From Leptogorgia sarmentosa (Eukaryota): a stretch of 64,000 bases of DNA. The notes beneath the pieces are model-generated. The model saw only the letters and a program-made list of their open reading frames with translations, made no database searches and was not told the origin of the DNA. Location of the stretch: NCBI GenBank assembly GCA_964658305.1, contig OZ210885.1:21390001-21454000 (forward strand). The letters are read 5' to 3'. Position numbers and translations under genes: made by a program. The first letter of the stretch is position 1. Every line of letters begins with the position of its first letter. Below are positions 37,906 through 52,039 of this stretch, piece by piece.

Positions 37906-39658
37906 CCTAAAACTACACAGTGAGATATTTTCCATATCTTCACTAGTGAAAATATCAAATAACGTGAGCATTCCTTGCCAGTAAATTTGTTTTAGTACAT
38001 GTGGCAACACAGATATATAAAATATTAATTCTATAGAAGAGGCGATCAGAGACCTTGCATCCTCGCAATTTAAATAGAACTATAGTAAGACAGTTTTTGG
38101 TAAATATTTAATCAGATTAGGAGCTTTAATTAGTTAATGCTAAATTGGATAGACACTTGTCGGTTGTTTAATTATTAATTCCATCTCGGTGCGTTGCTCA
38201 ATAGAGTATTGTTATTGAGATTGCTTTTAACTCAAATCGTTGGAACTATCTGCATTTTGGCTGGCTATGAATTAGAAAACATTTTTTTGTACTTTTAGAA
38301 TACTTTTACTGTCCTAAATGTTAAATTAATATCAAAGAAATATTTTCCTGTAGACTGTACGCTACGCTCAGATCTCTTTGTTTACATTTCAATTTAATCA
38401 CAGCAAAATGGCAATTTTTTATCGCTTACTTGTATAGAACGATTTCGAGAACAATAACGAAATTTTGACCACAGTCTTAAGCATTAATTTGTTTCAAGAA
38501 ACCAAAATATTGACTTCGGTTGAAAACAAGGCAATTTCAAAAATTCTTGGAATGTTTCATATAACAAACGTCAATATTTTACATCCAACTTGTTATATCA
38601 CGGTGCAATTGCTACTGATAATTCTTTAAAGATATACTACCCTGCTTGTGTGATATAGACGTTTCTGAACTCATATCTACAGAAATATTGTAATCTGAAT
38701 TTACCTCTTAATTGAGTTTTGTCATTTTTGGACCTTTGTTGATCTCGCGTTATTTTCGTAAATTTTCACTGCCTGTTAAAACAGACCCGTAAACGCCAGA
38801 AAGCAATGTTAGTTGTATTTGTGTTCAAATTTTCGTTGAAATATATGCAGCAGTTTACGAAATATGTAGAAACGAACTGCTCGGTAATTATGCAATTCTA
38901 TCAAATTGGCAACATCTGCTCTGGTCAGGTTCGCAATAATTTGCTTATATCTTTTGAAATACTAAGTATTATCAAGTTAAAATCCACACAGATTCTAACT
39001 ATGCTATACTCTATGTGTGTGCCAAATTTTAGCTGAATCTGTTACGGATGTGCGGGAAGATTGGTCGCTTTGGCTTGCAATGACCCTAATATAAAGTACT
39101 TACTGTAGGTCGGAAGTTCTTTTATAGGTTTTGCCACAGCCTTCTCCCCTTTATGTGCTTTGGGATACACAATTGACCATCGCTTGTCACCCTTTGTTGT
39201 TTTCGCCTGCTCCCTCTTCGCATTTTCATTGAAATGAAGGTTAGAGCAAAATATTCTAATTACAAACAAAAATAGAGTATACATTTTTAGTTTTATGTGA
39301 CTGTATAGTAAACTAGATGAACTTCATATTTATAAATATCAATATTGAGCTATATAGCGTCGATGAAACGATTTACATAAATATATAACGTGTCAGGTAT
39401 GTTGTTGAAGGTATACCTGGCCATTAAAGAATGGTAAGGATAAAACGTATTTTTTGAGGCAAAGTTGTTGTCCAGAGAATGCTTTGCCTCTAAACCTGAC
39501 GTTTGATGGTAACTGGAAAGTTTTTGCACTGCACTAATCAGTCTTGGCCTGTAGATCAACTCTTTCAATTTTTTGTGAGCAGCTGTTCCTATATTGTAAA
39601 ATTAGAAAAAATTATTGAACAATATTAACTTGTTGGTTATTTTTTAACCTGGTGCAGC

Positions 39659-40323
39659 CATAGGTAGCCCAACGCACGCATGACGTAACATTCAGTAGTA
39701 TAATATGACAAGGTTGGCAAGTAAACAATAACATGACTCGCTACCGCTTAAAACAAGTCGAAAAAATCAACCTTTTGCGAACAAACTTTGCTAAAAAATA
39801 GCAGCCCCTGCTTCTAGGATAGTATTACTAAATATGTACAACGTTTTCAGGCAACAAAACGTGTGAAAAAGTCGAAAAAATACGAAAAGTTTCTCTTAAT
39901 TTGCCGTGTCTCAATGCTGGATGCCTGTTGCCGTGCAAAAATCGCCATTTCAAAAAGCGAATACGCGTTCCTATTGGTTATAAATAAACCAACAAAACAG
40001 TCCACCAATAGGATCGCGTATTCATAATTTCAAACGGTAATTTTTGCATGGCAACAGGCATCCAGCATCGAGACACGGCAAATTAAGAGAAACTTTTCGG
40101 TTTTTTTCGACTTTCGCACACATTTTGTAGGCAAAAAACGTTGTACATATTTAGTAATATTATCCTAGAATTAGGGGCTGCTATTTTTTAGCGAAGTTTG
40201 TTCGCAAGAGGTTGATCTTTTCGACTTGTTTTAAGCGGTAGCGAGTCATGTTATTGTTTACTTGCCAACCTTATCATATTATACTACTGAATGTTACGTC
40301 ATGCGTGTGTTGGGCTACCCATG
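39659..40323. mobile_element. P-element-like palindromic MITE in a Kolobok intron
   Basis: CAT...ATG termini, inverted arms of about 310 bp, and TSD GTGCAGC at 39652-39658 and 40324-40330. Confidence 0.78.
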
Positions 40324-41757
40324 GTGCAGCGTTATAAGGTACAGTGATATCAGATTTACCAAGTTTTAACCATTGCCTTTCTATGAGCTGATGAGTGCAT
40401 TTTTTGAAGACTTTGTTCTCTGAATGCTCATGAATATTTGCAATATGGTTTGCCAAGCTTGTTCATTTCTCCGGGAAATTGCAACCCAGTACATGTGGTT
40501 TATAATTGACTGTATGAAAATTTTTAAAAAGATCCAAATTAACATTAAAAAGTTACAAAAAATAGCCCAAACGTTTACGAAAACAAAGCTCACCCCTATC
40601 CAAGGTTTTATCACACGAAATTTCTTCGTTTTAACCAGTTTTAACAACCTTTTTTTCTCACCTGTATACAATAGAAAATTAATGGTTAAACCTGTCTCAA
40701 ACAATATGAGCTAGGAACGGCTAGGACAATTGACCATATACCTTTTGCAACATGCCAAACATCGAACGCATGTTCAATGTCTTTCCTCTCCTTTGCCATA
40801 AAAGATGAGACCTGACTATGTCTGTCTGTGACAAGTTTAGCGACCTTCACATTAGCACTTTCAAGGTATAACAGCTGACGTTTTAGCGATTCTAACTCCA
40901 TCGCATTGGAGTTTTTTACTTCCGTACTCTAAAATTGAAAAGTATATGAAAAATAAATTATGTAAACAAACCCAGCCCCTGACACACCCACATGCATGTA
41001 CATTTCATGAAATTGACTCTGCTAAAAATTAACAAAGGAATTAGTTTCAGTATACGTATCGTAAAATATAAACCTATTACAGCAGAAGCAAGGAATGAAT
41101 CAATATTTAATATTTAAACAGGACAGTATAGCATAGGACAATATTTACAGTACCTTAAGAATCTGCGTGTCCAATATAACATTTTCTCTACATCCAAAGA
41201 ACTCCCAGATCCAAATGGGCCAGTATGCCCAGGACTATCGACACGCATATCGGATGCTATACAGCGGAATGTGCCATTGATTTCTTGAACCAAAGAAGCT
41301 TTCTCCCGATTCCAGACGTTAACAACAGCTGGTATGACATACGCTGATTGAAGATCTGTGAATTCTCTACGCTTTATGCATGGCATGTTTAAAGAATCAA
41401 AAAGCCTGAGAACTTTGGCACATTCAAGCCCAGAGGATAAAATTCCCGTAGTAAACATCAAATGAAACACTGGTAACCGATTGTGCAATGGTCCTGTCGA
41501 CCAAATAAACGCATGATTGATATCACCCGAACAGGTAACAGATATTCAGCAAAACGTTCCCACAGTACTTTCTAGACGCACAGCACAGAGTGAGTCACAC
41601 TTGAAACAGCGTTCAAAACATTTTACCAGTGATTCTTCAAAGACGATAAATTTCATTTGATTCTCGGGTGGTTTGTTGTACGACAATACAACCTTTTTGT
41701 ATTTATCTTCCTGTGCTTCCTTTGCATTGAAAAGAAATTCATCTTCGTCATTAGCAT

Positions 41758-43807
41758 TAGTCTAGGACCTGTATATGAGTTTGTATGCACTTGATTTAGG
41801 ACAGATAATCTCAACTGCTTTAGGGTAAATTGACCATGTCGGTCAACATGGCATGTGCCAAAACCTGAATCCGGGACGAAAGTGCTCAAAATGACCCCGC
41901 CCTGAAACGGCAGTGTCGACACACCTCTAACTTCCAAAAAATAGAATCAAAAGCTTTTCTGAAATGCTTATTGTGTTCAGAAGGGTTGCTTTTAGGGGTG
42001 GTCATTGGAGGAGAAAATTTGCATAAGTGTCATATTTTACTAGAAAATACCCATACACCACCTCAGCAGAATTGCTGATTATGCATAAAATCACAAATAT
42101 GCCTGGCAGAGTTTTAATTCTTTCATTTTCCAAGAAATATTTTCATAGGATGAAAAACTATGCTTAATTCAACATAATTATTGTAGATTTCATCAAGGTT
42201 GTTATTGTTTTGTTCACATATAATACATTTGACTTCACTTACCCCCCACCAAAATACGATTTTAGCCATATTTTGCCATCTTGTTCGCTTTTCACCGCCG
42301 AATCTCGCAAGTGTAGTCCAATCGTTTTACTTTATAATAATAACAGACAATTAAAGAGTATTTTTACCAAGTTTCGCCAAGTTTTGAAGCAGTGCAGTGT
42401 ATTTTATCTTCGATATTGTCTCCCATGACATATCGTCGAATATGCCGCCATTGTAATGCGTTGCCGTTTCTTCGCCCGATAAATGCCAATTCTTCGCCTT
42501 TATCCGCTTTTACTTTGCACTAATGAAAAGTACTTTGTTGTCGAATAATTCCAATCAAAAATTGAAAACGTTAGTTGCACATGAACGAAAAAAACCACCC
42601 TCAAACTTTCAGCATCAACATTATTAAATTCGCGCACAACTTCGGGAAAAATCCTCGTGGGCTACCTGACAGGGGGGGGTTGAATATTTCCACGAAGCGC
42701 TTTCTGCTGTCTATAAAAAGAATCAAGGGGAAAATGATGGCACAGAATTCGTGGATTCTGCTACTAAAAAATGTAGAAGTACTTCTTAATTATTTTTTTT
42801 ATCGTTATTGAGAAAAAATGCAATAAGATACCATGTTGGGCTGCTGTTGTGGTACTTTGTAAAAATGTTACCCCCCCCTGGCATGCAGCCCAGAGGAGTT
42901 TTCGCGAATGCTGCGCGTAACTTTTAAATTTTGTGTTTGTAATGTTGATGCTGAAAGTTTGAGGGTGGTTTTTTTCGTTCATGTGCAACTAACATTTTCA
43001 ATTTTTGATTGGAATTATTCGACAACAAAGTACTTCTAAATAGTGCAAAGTAAAAGCGGATAAAGGCGAAGAATTGGCATTTATCGGGCGAAGAAACGGC
43101 CACGCATTACAATGGCGGAATATTCGACGATATGTCATGGGAGACAATATCGAAGATAAAATACACTGCACTGCTTCAAAACTTGGCGGAACTTGGTAAA
43201 AATACTCTTTAATTGTCTGTTATTATGATAAAGTAAAACGATTGGACTACACTTGCGAGATTCGGCGGTAAAAAGCGAACAAGATGGCAAAATATGGCTA
43301 AAATCGTATTTTTGTGAGGGGTAAGTGAAGTCAAATGTATTATATGTGAACAAAACAATAACGACCTTAATGAAATCTACAATAATTATGTTGAATTAAG
43401 CATAGTTTTTCATTCTATGAAAATATTTTTTGGAAAATGAAAGAATTAAAACTCTGCCAGGCATATTTGTAATTTTATGCATAATCAGCAATTCTGCTGA
43501 GGTGGTGTATGGGTATTTTCTAGTAAAATATGACACTTATGCAAATTTTCTCCTCCAATGACCACCCCTAAAAGCAACCCTTCTGAACACAATAAGCATT
43601 TCAGAAAAGCTTTTGATTCTATTTTTTGGAAGTTAGAGGTGTGTCGACACTGCCGTTTCAGGGCGGGGTCATTTTGAGCACTTTCGTCCCGGATTCAGGT
43701 TTTGGCACATATGCCATGTTGACCGACATGGTCAATTTACCCTAAAACAGTTGAGATTATCTGTCCTAAATGAAGTGCATACAAACTCATATACAGGTCC
43801 TAGACTA
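41758..43807. mobile_element. Non-autonomous Academ fold-back element inserted in a Kolobok coding exon
   Basis: TAGTCTAGG...CCTAGACTA termini, TIRs of about 865 bp and a 3-bp TSD CAT. Excising it restores ENTDANDEDEF...KFIVFEE. Confidence 0.88.
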
Positions 43808-45340
43808 CATCAGTATTTTCGAATTCTGGTTCAAAACTTGCATCATCAACAATGCTGTTGTCGGAATCACTATCACAGTCGTCAGGATCAGATGATTCAG
43901 ATCTGATATTGTTGGAGTCAGGTTTGTTGGAACTATGGACGGGGTCGATTGGTGCGTTTGAAAGCTTGTTACTGGTATTGTCGATTGGATACAATTGATG
44001 GAAATCGTCTACATTGAGGGGAGAAGCATCTTCTGTTTCTGTGCCAACAGATACGAAACACACAGGTGCAATTACCTGTACCACAATATTTTCTTTTGTT
44101 AGAAATGTTTGTGTTGCAGTTGACTTAACTTGTTTCTTGTCATTGCATTTGCAAGGTCTCGCTTTTATTTGTGTGCTTTTATTCCTAACATTTCTCTCTG
44201 ATTGTGTTGTCATATTCATGTAGAGAGAACAACTTTCATTAAATGAATGGATGTTGACTGCAAGGTTTTCTTTACTAAATTCTGTAATTTCATTTGCTGG
44301 TTCTTTTTCTTCTCCATTTTGGTTGATGATTGAGTTGACTTCCTATATAGAAAAAAGCAGAGCAAAAGCATGGAGAGCAGATGCATGCGTTTTTACTTGG
44401 ACGAAATCCCTTTCTTTTGCAGAACTCAATCCATGCTTTTGCTCTGCTTTTTTCTATTCCACCTTTATCGGCATTGGGAAAAGAAAAAAAATGTAGTTGT
44501 CCATCGCTATTGTTTTTGCTACTACTTGTGCAGCCATAAACCAAACAGTACGTGGTTGCAAAAGCGATTTAGAATCTGGCGCCAAGCTTAGTGCTCAAGT
44601 TGACTTCTATCCCAGTTGTGACGTCAGAAGCATAAATTAACATATTCTATTATACTTCAAAATAAAACAAAATGGCGGACCCTGCGCTAAATTTTTGTGA
44701 AAACAAATCGAAATAACTCAAACTGTACCGGAAGTGGCAGAGGCCATTGCGTGGGCACTCTCATTTCAAAGTAAATTTGCATGCAACGTTAGCTATATAA
44801 GTTGGAACCTAGACAAGCTAATGGGTTTGTAAGATAATCAAGGATCTGCGGGGACAGAGGTACGTTCATGACGTAACTAGTTAGTTCTGTTAGACATCTG
44901 TAGATATTTATTGTATTATACTTCAATTGTGTAGTTTTTACGTGCCGAAAAGCGGCTCAGTAAACGATAACTGCAAATAAAATCCTTACCACAAACATAA
45001 AATGATGCGGAAAAATTGTAAAAGAACTTACTACACACTTTGACGAGATCTTTTGAATTAACTAAACAAAAAATATACCGCCAATGTTCTTTAAACGGTT
45101 TTCCATTGGACGAGAAACGCGATCCGACTTACACAAGTCAATGTTGCACCTAGTTGGTAGAAAATGTTTGGAAACATAGCATGATTTGAATTTGCTTTAA
45201 TAACCTGCTTACATCGTTAGTGCAGGTCACATGCTCTGCCTATTTATTATTACTTATATTGTAGCAACTAATAACGAAAGTCAGTATAATGATCATTGTA
45301 TGTGAAGAATGAAGAATCACATTTTACTGTACGTCCTTAG

Positions 45341-48300
45341 GATTCTAGAGGTACAAGAAAGCAAGGAAATAAGTCAGAGCATGACTATCCAAGGGGATCT
45401 GGAGGCTACCTAAAACTGCAAGGGACAAGAAAACTGGACTGCCCCTCAGCAATACAAGTGCGCACTATTGAAGTGTTTACAGAATACAAAGTAGATCAAT
45501 CCACATCGGCAAAAGCAATGCGAAAATCGAAGGAAGCCATTTTACGAAAACTTGGAGATGATTTATTCAAACGTGGAAACATATGTAAAGCGCTACTATT
45601 TCAAGATTCCTTTAACTTTGGAACATACATCGCATCCCGTAGGACACTCAGCTACAGTTGGACACTACGTAGATGGGAAGGTCATTGACAAAATCCACGA
45701 GCTTGTATCTTCAAATATGACCAATCCCATGATGGTTAGAAAGTGTCTGGAGGTGTTTGTAGAGAAAGAGCTTTTTGGTAAGAGCAGTCAAAAACCAAGC
45801 AAATCCAACCGGAGATATTATCCCAGCAGGCAGGATCTACGCAATCATATAGCGAAAGCAATCAGCGTCAATAAATATTCCTGTGATGATCAGGAATCAT
45901 TGAGAGCGAAAGTGGATGAATGGAAAAAGGCATCTCCCAGTTCCAATTATTTCTTGCGAACAAGGGATGAAGTTACCGGCAATGAAGAAACGAAATCTTT
46001 ATTTTTACATCAGATTCTTTATTTCATCTTTATTTTTACATCATCACTGATGCAAAAACTGGCATATGCTAGATCTGTCAACCAGTTCGACAAGAATCTA
46101 GAAGAATTAAAGAAGTCTCGCATATATCTGGGCAATCCTAAAGTGCGAAACCATTGCGAAAATATTTGGTTACTGTGCTCCAACCGCTGGGCACACGCAT
46201 TCAGAAAGCAACAAGTAGCAAATATAGTTAACACTAACAATGGTGTGGAAAGGCAGAATCACGTATTCAAATATAGCTATTTGCCTCGATCCATAGATAA
46301 GTCCATTTATGGAATCGCAGTAATGCTTGTGGAATCATTGATACCAGACTCATACTAGCGATACCTGGACACCAACTTAAAACTTAGCAGTTGCTACAGA
46401 AAATACAATCAAGCTATCCCAGAATACCTGCACAATCGACCACTTCAGTTTGTGAAACACTGTTTGCAAAGTAACTTCGCTTCCGCTGAGTACAAGCAGC
46501 ATGACATTAGATGCGTGAACCATGAAAGGGGGGAATTTTTAGTGAGAAGCAGCTCTAACAGTGACACGCTCTATGCCTTAGAATTCGCAAAGCCAAGCTG
46601 CCAGTGTGACCATTGGAGGAAAACGCAATACCCTTGCAAACACTTCTACGCGATTTTCAATTTCTTCAACGAGTGGAACTTTTCCTGCTTCCCTGAATTC
46701 TACAAAAATAGCATATTTATTACCCTTGACACAGACCATTTGGCGACTGTTCCAGCTAACGTTACAACAGAAGAAGAACCTTTGGACGGTGGAGTGGAGT
46801 TTTCGAGAAATGACGTTAACGAGATTGGCAACGAGGGCGGTCGACAAATAACTGCCAAGGCAGATCGTGAAGATATTTCAGAAAATGATGGCCTGCATAA
46901 TCGTAAGGAGGAGAAGCACACAAACTCTTCTCAGGCAACTCCAAAGGCTTTACCTCTGTCAAACACATTGAAAATAAGAAAGACTCTTTTAGGGAAATTA
47001 GACTCGCTAAGAAATCTCGCATTCCTCATCGAAGATGCAAACGTCCTTCAAGATGCGACCTCAGCCGTTGACGTTATCCTTTCAAATGTTCAAGGGCAGT
47101 ATCCTGAACAAAATGGTCTTCCACTGCGACAGAGTCCCGTAAAGAAAAAGTTAAAGAAAACCAGTGTAGATTACCACAAGGTCTTTCACAAGAAATTACC
47201 AATGCGAACAAGTCGTCAAAAAAAGCAACAAAAGTGGACATTATCGACTTAACCGAGGAGGAATCAACGACATCCATCAACAGAAGTATGTAGTATTGAT
47301 AATTGCATACCTTAAGAATTACGACAGGTTTTTCTTTTTTTTGCCTTTTTTGGTGCATTTTTCGAAATATTGTGAAAAAATCTGATATGATGATAATGTC
47401 ATCTCTTACATTAAGCAATTAGGAATGTATATGTGATAGATCTCCTAACAGAGTAAGTGTAGTGCGAACTTTGCTATTAGCATCAAGCTTTTAATTTTTG
47501 AAAACACTTAAAATTTATTTATATAGATTGACTCCATTTGCGACATCTTCGAAAGACAGGGTGAAAAGGACGATGCGCGAATGAGGAAGATGCGCGAATG
47601 AGGAAGATGCGGATGATAATTCACAGTTGCCAGGGACAGATGTTACTGAGCAAAGGGAATCTCGCAAACGATCCTTCACCAGGTAAGGTTTTTTTGCACA
47701 AAATGTCTCTGGGCAATACATCTCTTGCGCTGATTATATTAAGTTTCCTTCAGCTTATTACGGATTTTAGTTATAGAAAGAGAATACTCTTGGAAGATCA
47801 TTCTTAACTTTTTGTATCTGCGTGACGTAGTGACGCAGATATATTGCTATCGTGTTGTTAGCTGTTAGCTGTTAGCTGTTAGCTTGCAGCCAATCAGCGA
47901 ATTCGTTAGTTAAATTTAGCCAATAGGCGACAACGTAACATTGAGATGACGTAATTCTCACTGAGCCCACCCGCAAATTTAAGGGAACCAACGTGGAGTT
48001 CTTGCGGGCTAAATATTACAAAATGGCGGCTGATATAGGCGCGAGCTAAAGAATGGTGATGTGTTTGTCTGTTTGATCGTGGATTTTGTTTCGCATGAAT
48101 ATCCAGATAAAAAGAAATATAATGTTCGCAGCGACGAGTGCCTTCACTGAAATAGAGGTTAATTTATGAGCGTTTGCGCCGCAAACACTATTTATACTAA
48201 GGCAATTTATACGCAAAAATATCATGACGCAAATTGCAAACATTGGCATTGCTTTTAAAGATATTAATTAAAGAGGTTCGCGTTCGCTATGCAATTTAGA

Positions 48301-50345
48301 TCATCAAAGCAAAAATATCATGACGCAATTTATACAATTGAACACAGCAAATATTTAAGGTTATGAAAGAGTTTAATGACTTGACACAATTGTGCGTATA
48401 TTTTCCCTACGATACTTTAGCGTGTCGGAACTGTCGCACTCACACACTGTACATGTTTGGACTGCCCGCGGTGTCATTGTGATCACGGAACATCTACTAT
48501 ATTTTGACGCTTCGCCATACGGAATGGTTGAAACATTCAATCCCAGGAAAATAGATTTCGTAGCTTGTAATAAAACGGGTTTGTTCGTTTATTAAGCGCG
48601 AGACAAAACAAACGAAATCATATATAGTTTCAAGTATTCTGTTTTGAACCTACGCGTACTGCGCATACCGATCATACATACACTTTAGCGTCTACCCAAT
48701 GCGCATGAATGGACGGAATATATTGTATATAAATATATTATTATGATACGGTATTGAAAAGGGTAAATTTGGTTTTTAGAGAGCAACATTTTTCACAAAC
48801 AATCGCAAAGCGCTGTGTCTATTTTAAAGACGCAATAACATAAAATGCGATATCATATGTCGTCAAGTTTCAATTCCTTATGCAATTTGATATATGATCG
48901 CGGAATTCCGGAATGCGAGATAGTCATGAAAGCTTATATCAAGTATTGAATACGTCTCCGCACAACCTCACGTCTTGAAAGGAATTACTATTGCGCTATT
49001 CGCCTATTCCCTACCAGTAAACCATTTTATACATGCAAGATCGCGTATTAGGGACAGATAAGATGCGTGTATCGAAAAGCTAAAAACAAATAAAACTTGA
49101 TCATCAAGCTATATAGGCGCAGATACATGTACACTTTGTGTACCTATTTTTCTGTTTTTCACTATCCTTTCTAGTTTATTGGAGGACGATCAACAAATAC
49201 AAAAATGTGATCCTGTGACAATCCTTAATTCATCTAAACTGCAATTAAAACCTAGCAATACGGTTTTAGATATTGGCCCATTTAAAGTAACGTATTCCGA
49301 CTTATGGACTGCCCTTCAACCAGGGACATTAGGTGCGCCTGTTGCAAAGCAGATAAAGGAGGAAGTTCCTGGATTTGTGCCAGGATGGCTCGCAGATACT
49401 GTAAGTGGGAAATGTACTTATACTGTAGCTAATTAAAAAAATGCATGTGCAATATTTCTGTGGATTACTGTACAAGATGAAAATTACTGACCAAGATTTT
49501 TCGTCCAAATTTGGAATGTACATATAGAGAATATCCAATTTCAAGTTATCGTATATTTTTTCTATGTGTGTTAAACCCAAGAGCCAATTTAACTGTGTAT
49601 ACAAATATCATCCCTAGATCATCGATTCGACATAATAGCCACGATCTGCATGAAGTTCCTCTTGGAACAATGATTTTGCAAAAATCTTGTCACTGTCACA
49701 ACATGACCGTCTAATCTTTCAGAAAATTGCTTTCGGCGTTATGTCTATTGCTATTTCTATTATAATAATGGCTTTCCTGGCTTAGCTTACATCTTTTCTA
49801 CTTCCCATATTGCTCGGCAATTTATGAAACTAATAGCATGGACCACCTCTTATGAAGGAACACCCGGATTTTATTGCCACATAACTAATATGAAATGTAA
49901 TCTTTGCAACATTGTTTCTACCATAAACCAAACAAAATTCACCTGTGTTACGTCTAATCCGCCTCATATGTGATGTACAATGCACTAATATCATACCAAA
50001 CTAATACTGTGGGTCGCAGTGTATATTCATATACTATTTAATTTATCTCTTACAGCAAAGTTGTAGATGTCAAGACAGGGTGGGGCAGTAGCCAATGGCA
50101 ATGTTTAGAGCCTCCACATTTTAAACAAACTGACAGTATCAACTGTGGAGTTCTTGTTTGTGTGGTAAGTATTTGGTATATGTAAACTGTCATGCAAGTT
50201 CATTTAATATATTACAATAAGTCGAGACAATAATACAAAATGTACTAGTCTACTCCCTTTTACTTCATAGTTTGCCAAATGCCTGATTGAAAACAAAAAT
50301 CTTGCAGCCAATGTGAATGTCTTCTTTGAGAGACAAAAGATTTTA
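45341..50345 (+). pseudogene. MULE-type transposase (CARF-like N-terminus, SWIM) with C-terminal Ulp1/C48-like peptidase exons
   Basis: KLDCP, RRYYPSRQDLRNH, NTNNGVERQN and SWIM CQCDHWRKTQYPCKH; the DDE core is largely deleted. Exons at about 49175-49400 (GWLADTV) and 50056-50164 (QTDSINCGVLVC) are Ulp1-like. Confidence 0.7.
47813..49146 (+). mobile_element. Helentron/HINE-like non-autonomous element in an intron
   Basis: 5' subterminal repeat TGTATCTGCG with a hairpin, a (TGTTAGC)n microsatellite, 3' CGCAGATACA followed by the hairpin GTACAC-TTT-GTGTAC, and T-rich flanks. Confidence 0.55.
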
Positions 50346-50894
50346 TCAAATCTTTTTGGGTCATGTTATGATGACATCATGAGGCAAGTATTTTATGTTT
50401 ATATTATTCAATTATTATTAAGCTTCATACTTTGCAACATTGATTGGAAGGGTGAAACCCTGTTAGGTACTGGTTAAAGTGGTAACCTGCTTTATAAATT
50501 GTAACTTAGTTCAAATTTATTACACTAACAAACTTAATTGATTATTCTGTTATTCATTTCAGAGGAAGAAATCCCAATGTTTGCAAAGTTTGTAGTTTGT
50601 GCACCATTTTTTATTGCCCCTTGTGATATGTTAGAAAGCCCAAAAATCTGGGTTTTTACCCTAACTGAATCAAATGGTTACTATGGAGTTTAGACGTCTC
50701 AATAGAGCATAACTCTCTAAAGAGTTGAAATTTTTAATAACTGTCGTTTTTAATATTTAGTTAGACCTCTCTCTGATGTATCCTCTGTGCTTGAAGTAAT
50801 TTAACTGTAAACTAGTTCAGTGACCCCCAATTTTATTTAAAAAATTGTAGGAGACACCTTAAAGTAAAAAACATGGATTTTTGGGCTGCTTATA

Positions 50895-51605
50895 CAGGGT
50901 GTATAAAAAAAAACACAATCCAAGTTTAAGGCTTTATAATCAAAATAATATAGATTTCCATGTCTTAAGTTTTAGTTCATGTTTTAGCCCTATCTTTTTT
51001 CTACTCAATAAGTGGTCGATTGTGACTTTTTCGGCTATTTAGGACTTCAAAATAAGTGATTTACTGCAAGCAGTCATTTTTAGATGCTTTGAATTCGACG
51101 TTCTTAATTCCGAAGGGGACGTTATCGTTGCATGCGAATATTTTGTTTCAAATATTTTCGCGAAATAATTTTAAAGTCTTAGGCATCATGCCCATTTCCC
51201 GGATCGACAAGTCCCAAATTCGACGACCGTTTGGCGTAACGTACTTAAATACCGGCAGATACAGCTTGAAGCAGATGCTTTACATGGAAATCATGAACTA
51301 ATAAGAAGAGTTGGCAAATGCAACGTCGAAGTGATTTGTGTGTGCTGAGAAATGGCGGCCACGTTGAATGATTGTAACCAACTAAAGTTAATTTTTTAAT
51401 AAAATTGAAGCTATCTCAAATTTTAAATTGTCCAATCACACTTACTAAAAATAACATTACTCGCTCATTTCCAACTCAAATTTAACAAACAAGCAGTCTT
51501 AAGATAGAGCTTTTTAACGGTGGTAAATATAGCCTATTTTCTATTTCTTTTCGTTATGAAAATTGCATTTGAACGTAGGATTGCGTTTTTTTTTTATACA
51601 CCCTG
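50895..51605. mobile_element. Tc1/mariner-type MITE
   Basis: TIR CAGGGTGTATAAAAAAA with TA on both flanks. Confidence 0.8.
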
Positions 51606-52039
51606 TAGATCTACCTATTCATGAACCATAGTTAACATATCTATATACGCATATGAGGTATGAGTAATGAGGCACCTGCTTGGAAGATTGATTTTAATTA
51701 GCTAGTTTGAATTTCATTTGACCATAATTTATATAATGAAAATATGCAAAAAGTATAACTGATCTTTAAGCATAAACATCAGGGATGAATTTACTGGAGG
51801 AAGGTGCACAACCTAGCCCTAAAGTTCTGACAAAAAATTAGAAGCCCCTATGCCCCCCAAAATATTATAGGCAAAATGAGATACAATAATTTGAATGCTG
51901 CATTCTCTTTATTTAGTGAAGATACTTGTTAACCCCTGCCCCATGCTTCTTGATATCATATTACCTGGTTGCTGTGAACAAACTAACTTTATATTTTATA
52001 TACCTCATTTTGTTTTTAATATTTTTGGGCTTTATTATG

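Larger units (their letters stand above)
26442..39086. mobile_element. Sola2 DNA transposon in the last Kolobok intron
   Basis: TIRs of about 0.8-0.86 kb starting GGGTCATT (26442-27300 and 38274-39086), with a 4-bp TSD TAAT. Confidence 0.85.
26009..44562 (-). pseudogene. Kolobok THAP-DDE transposase (multi-exon, interrupted)
   Basis: THAP at 44550-44370. Motifs KFIVFEESL, SDMRVDSPGH, SNAMELE, LVTDRH, FDVWH, QTSGLEAKHS and LHFNEN. The last exon (about 26365-26009) has ARRHSRF and a CXC-like tail. Confidence 0.85.
25054..45090. mobile_element. Kolobok DNA transposon inflated to 20 kb by nested insertions
   Basis: TTAA flanks at 25050-25053 and 45091-45094. TIR AGGACATTGGCAGTATATT / AGAACATTGGCGGTATATT, with similarity extending subterminally. 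It holds a THAP-DDE transposase and a convergent Cys-rich accessory ORF. Confidence 0.88.

Noticed and set aside
42210..43353. Duplicated small ORFs (also 26492-26722 and 38806-39036)
   Set aside because: They are mirror translations of long TIRs, not genes.
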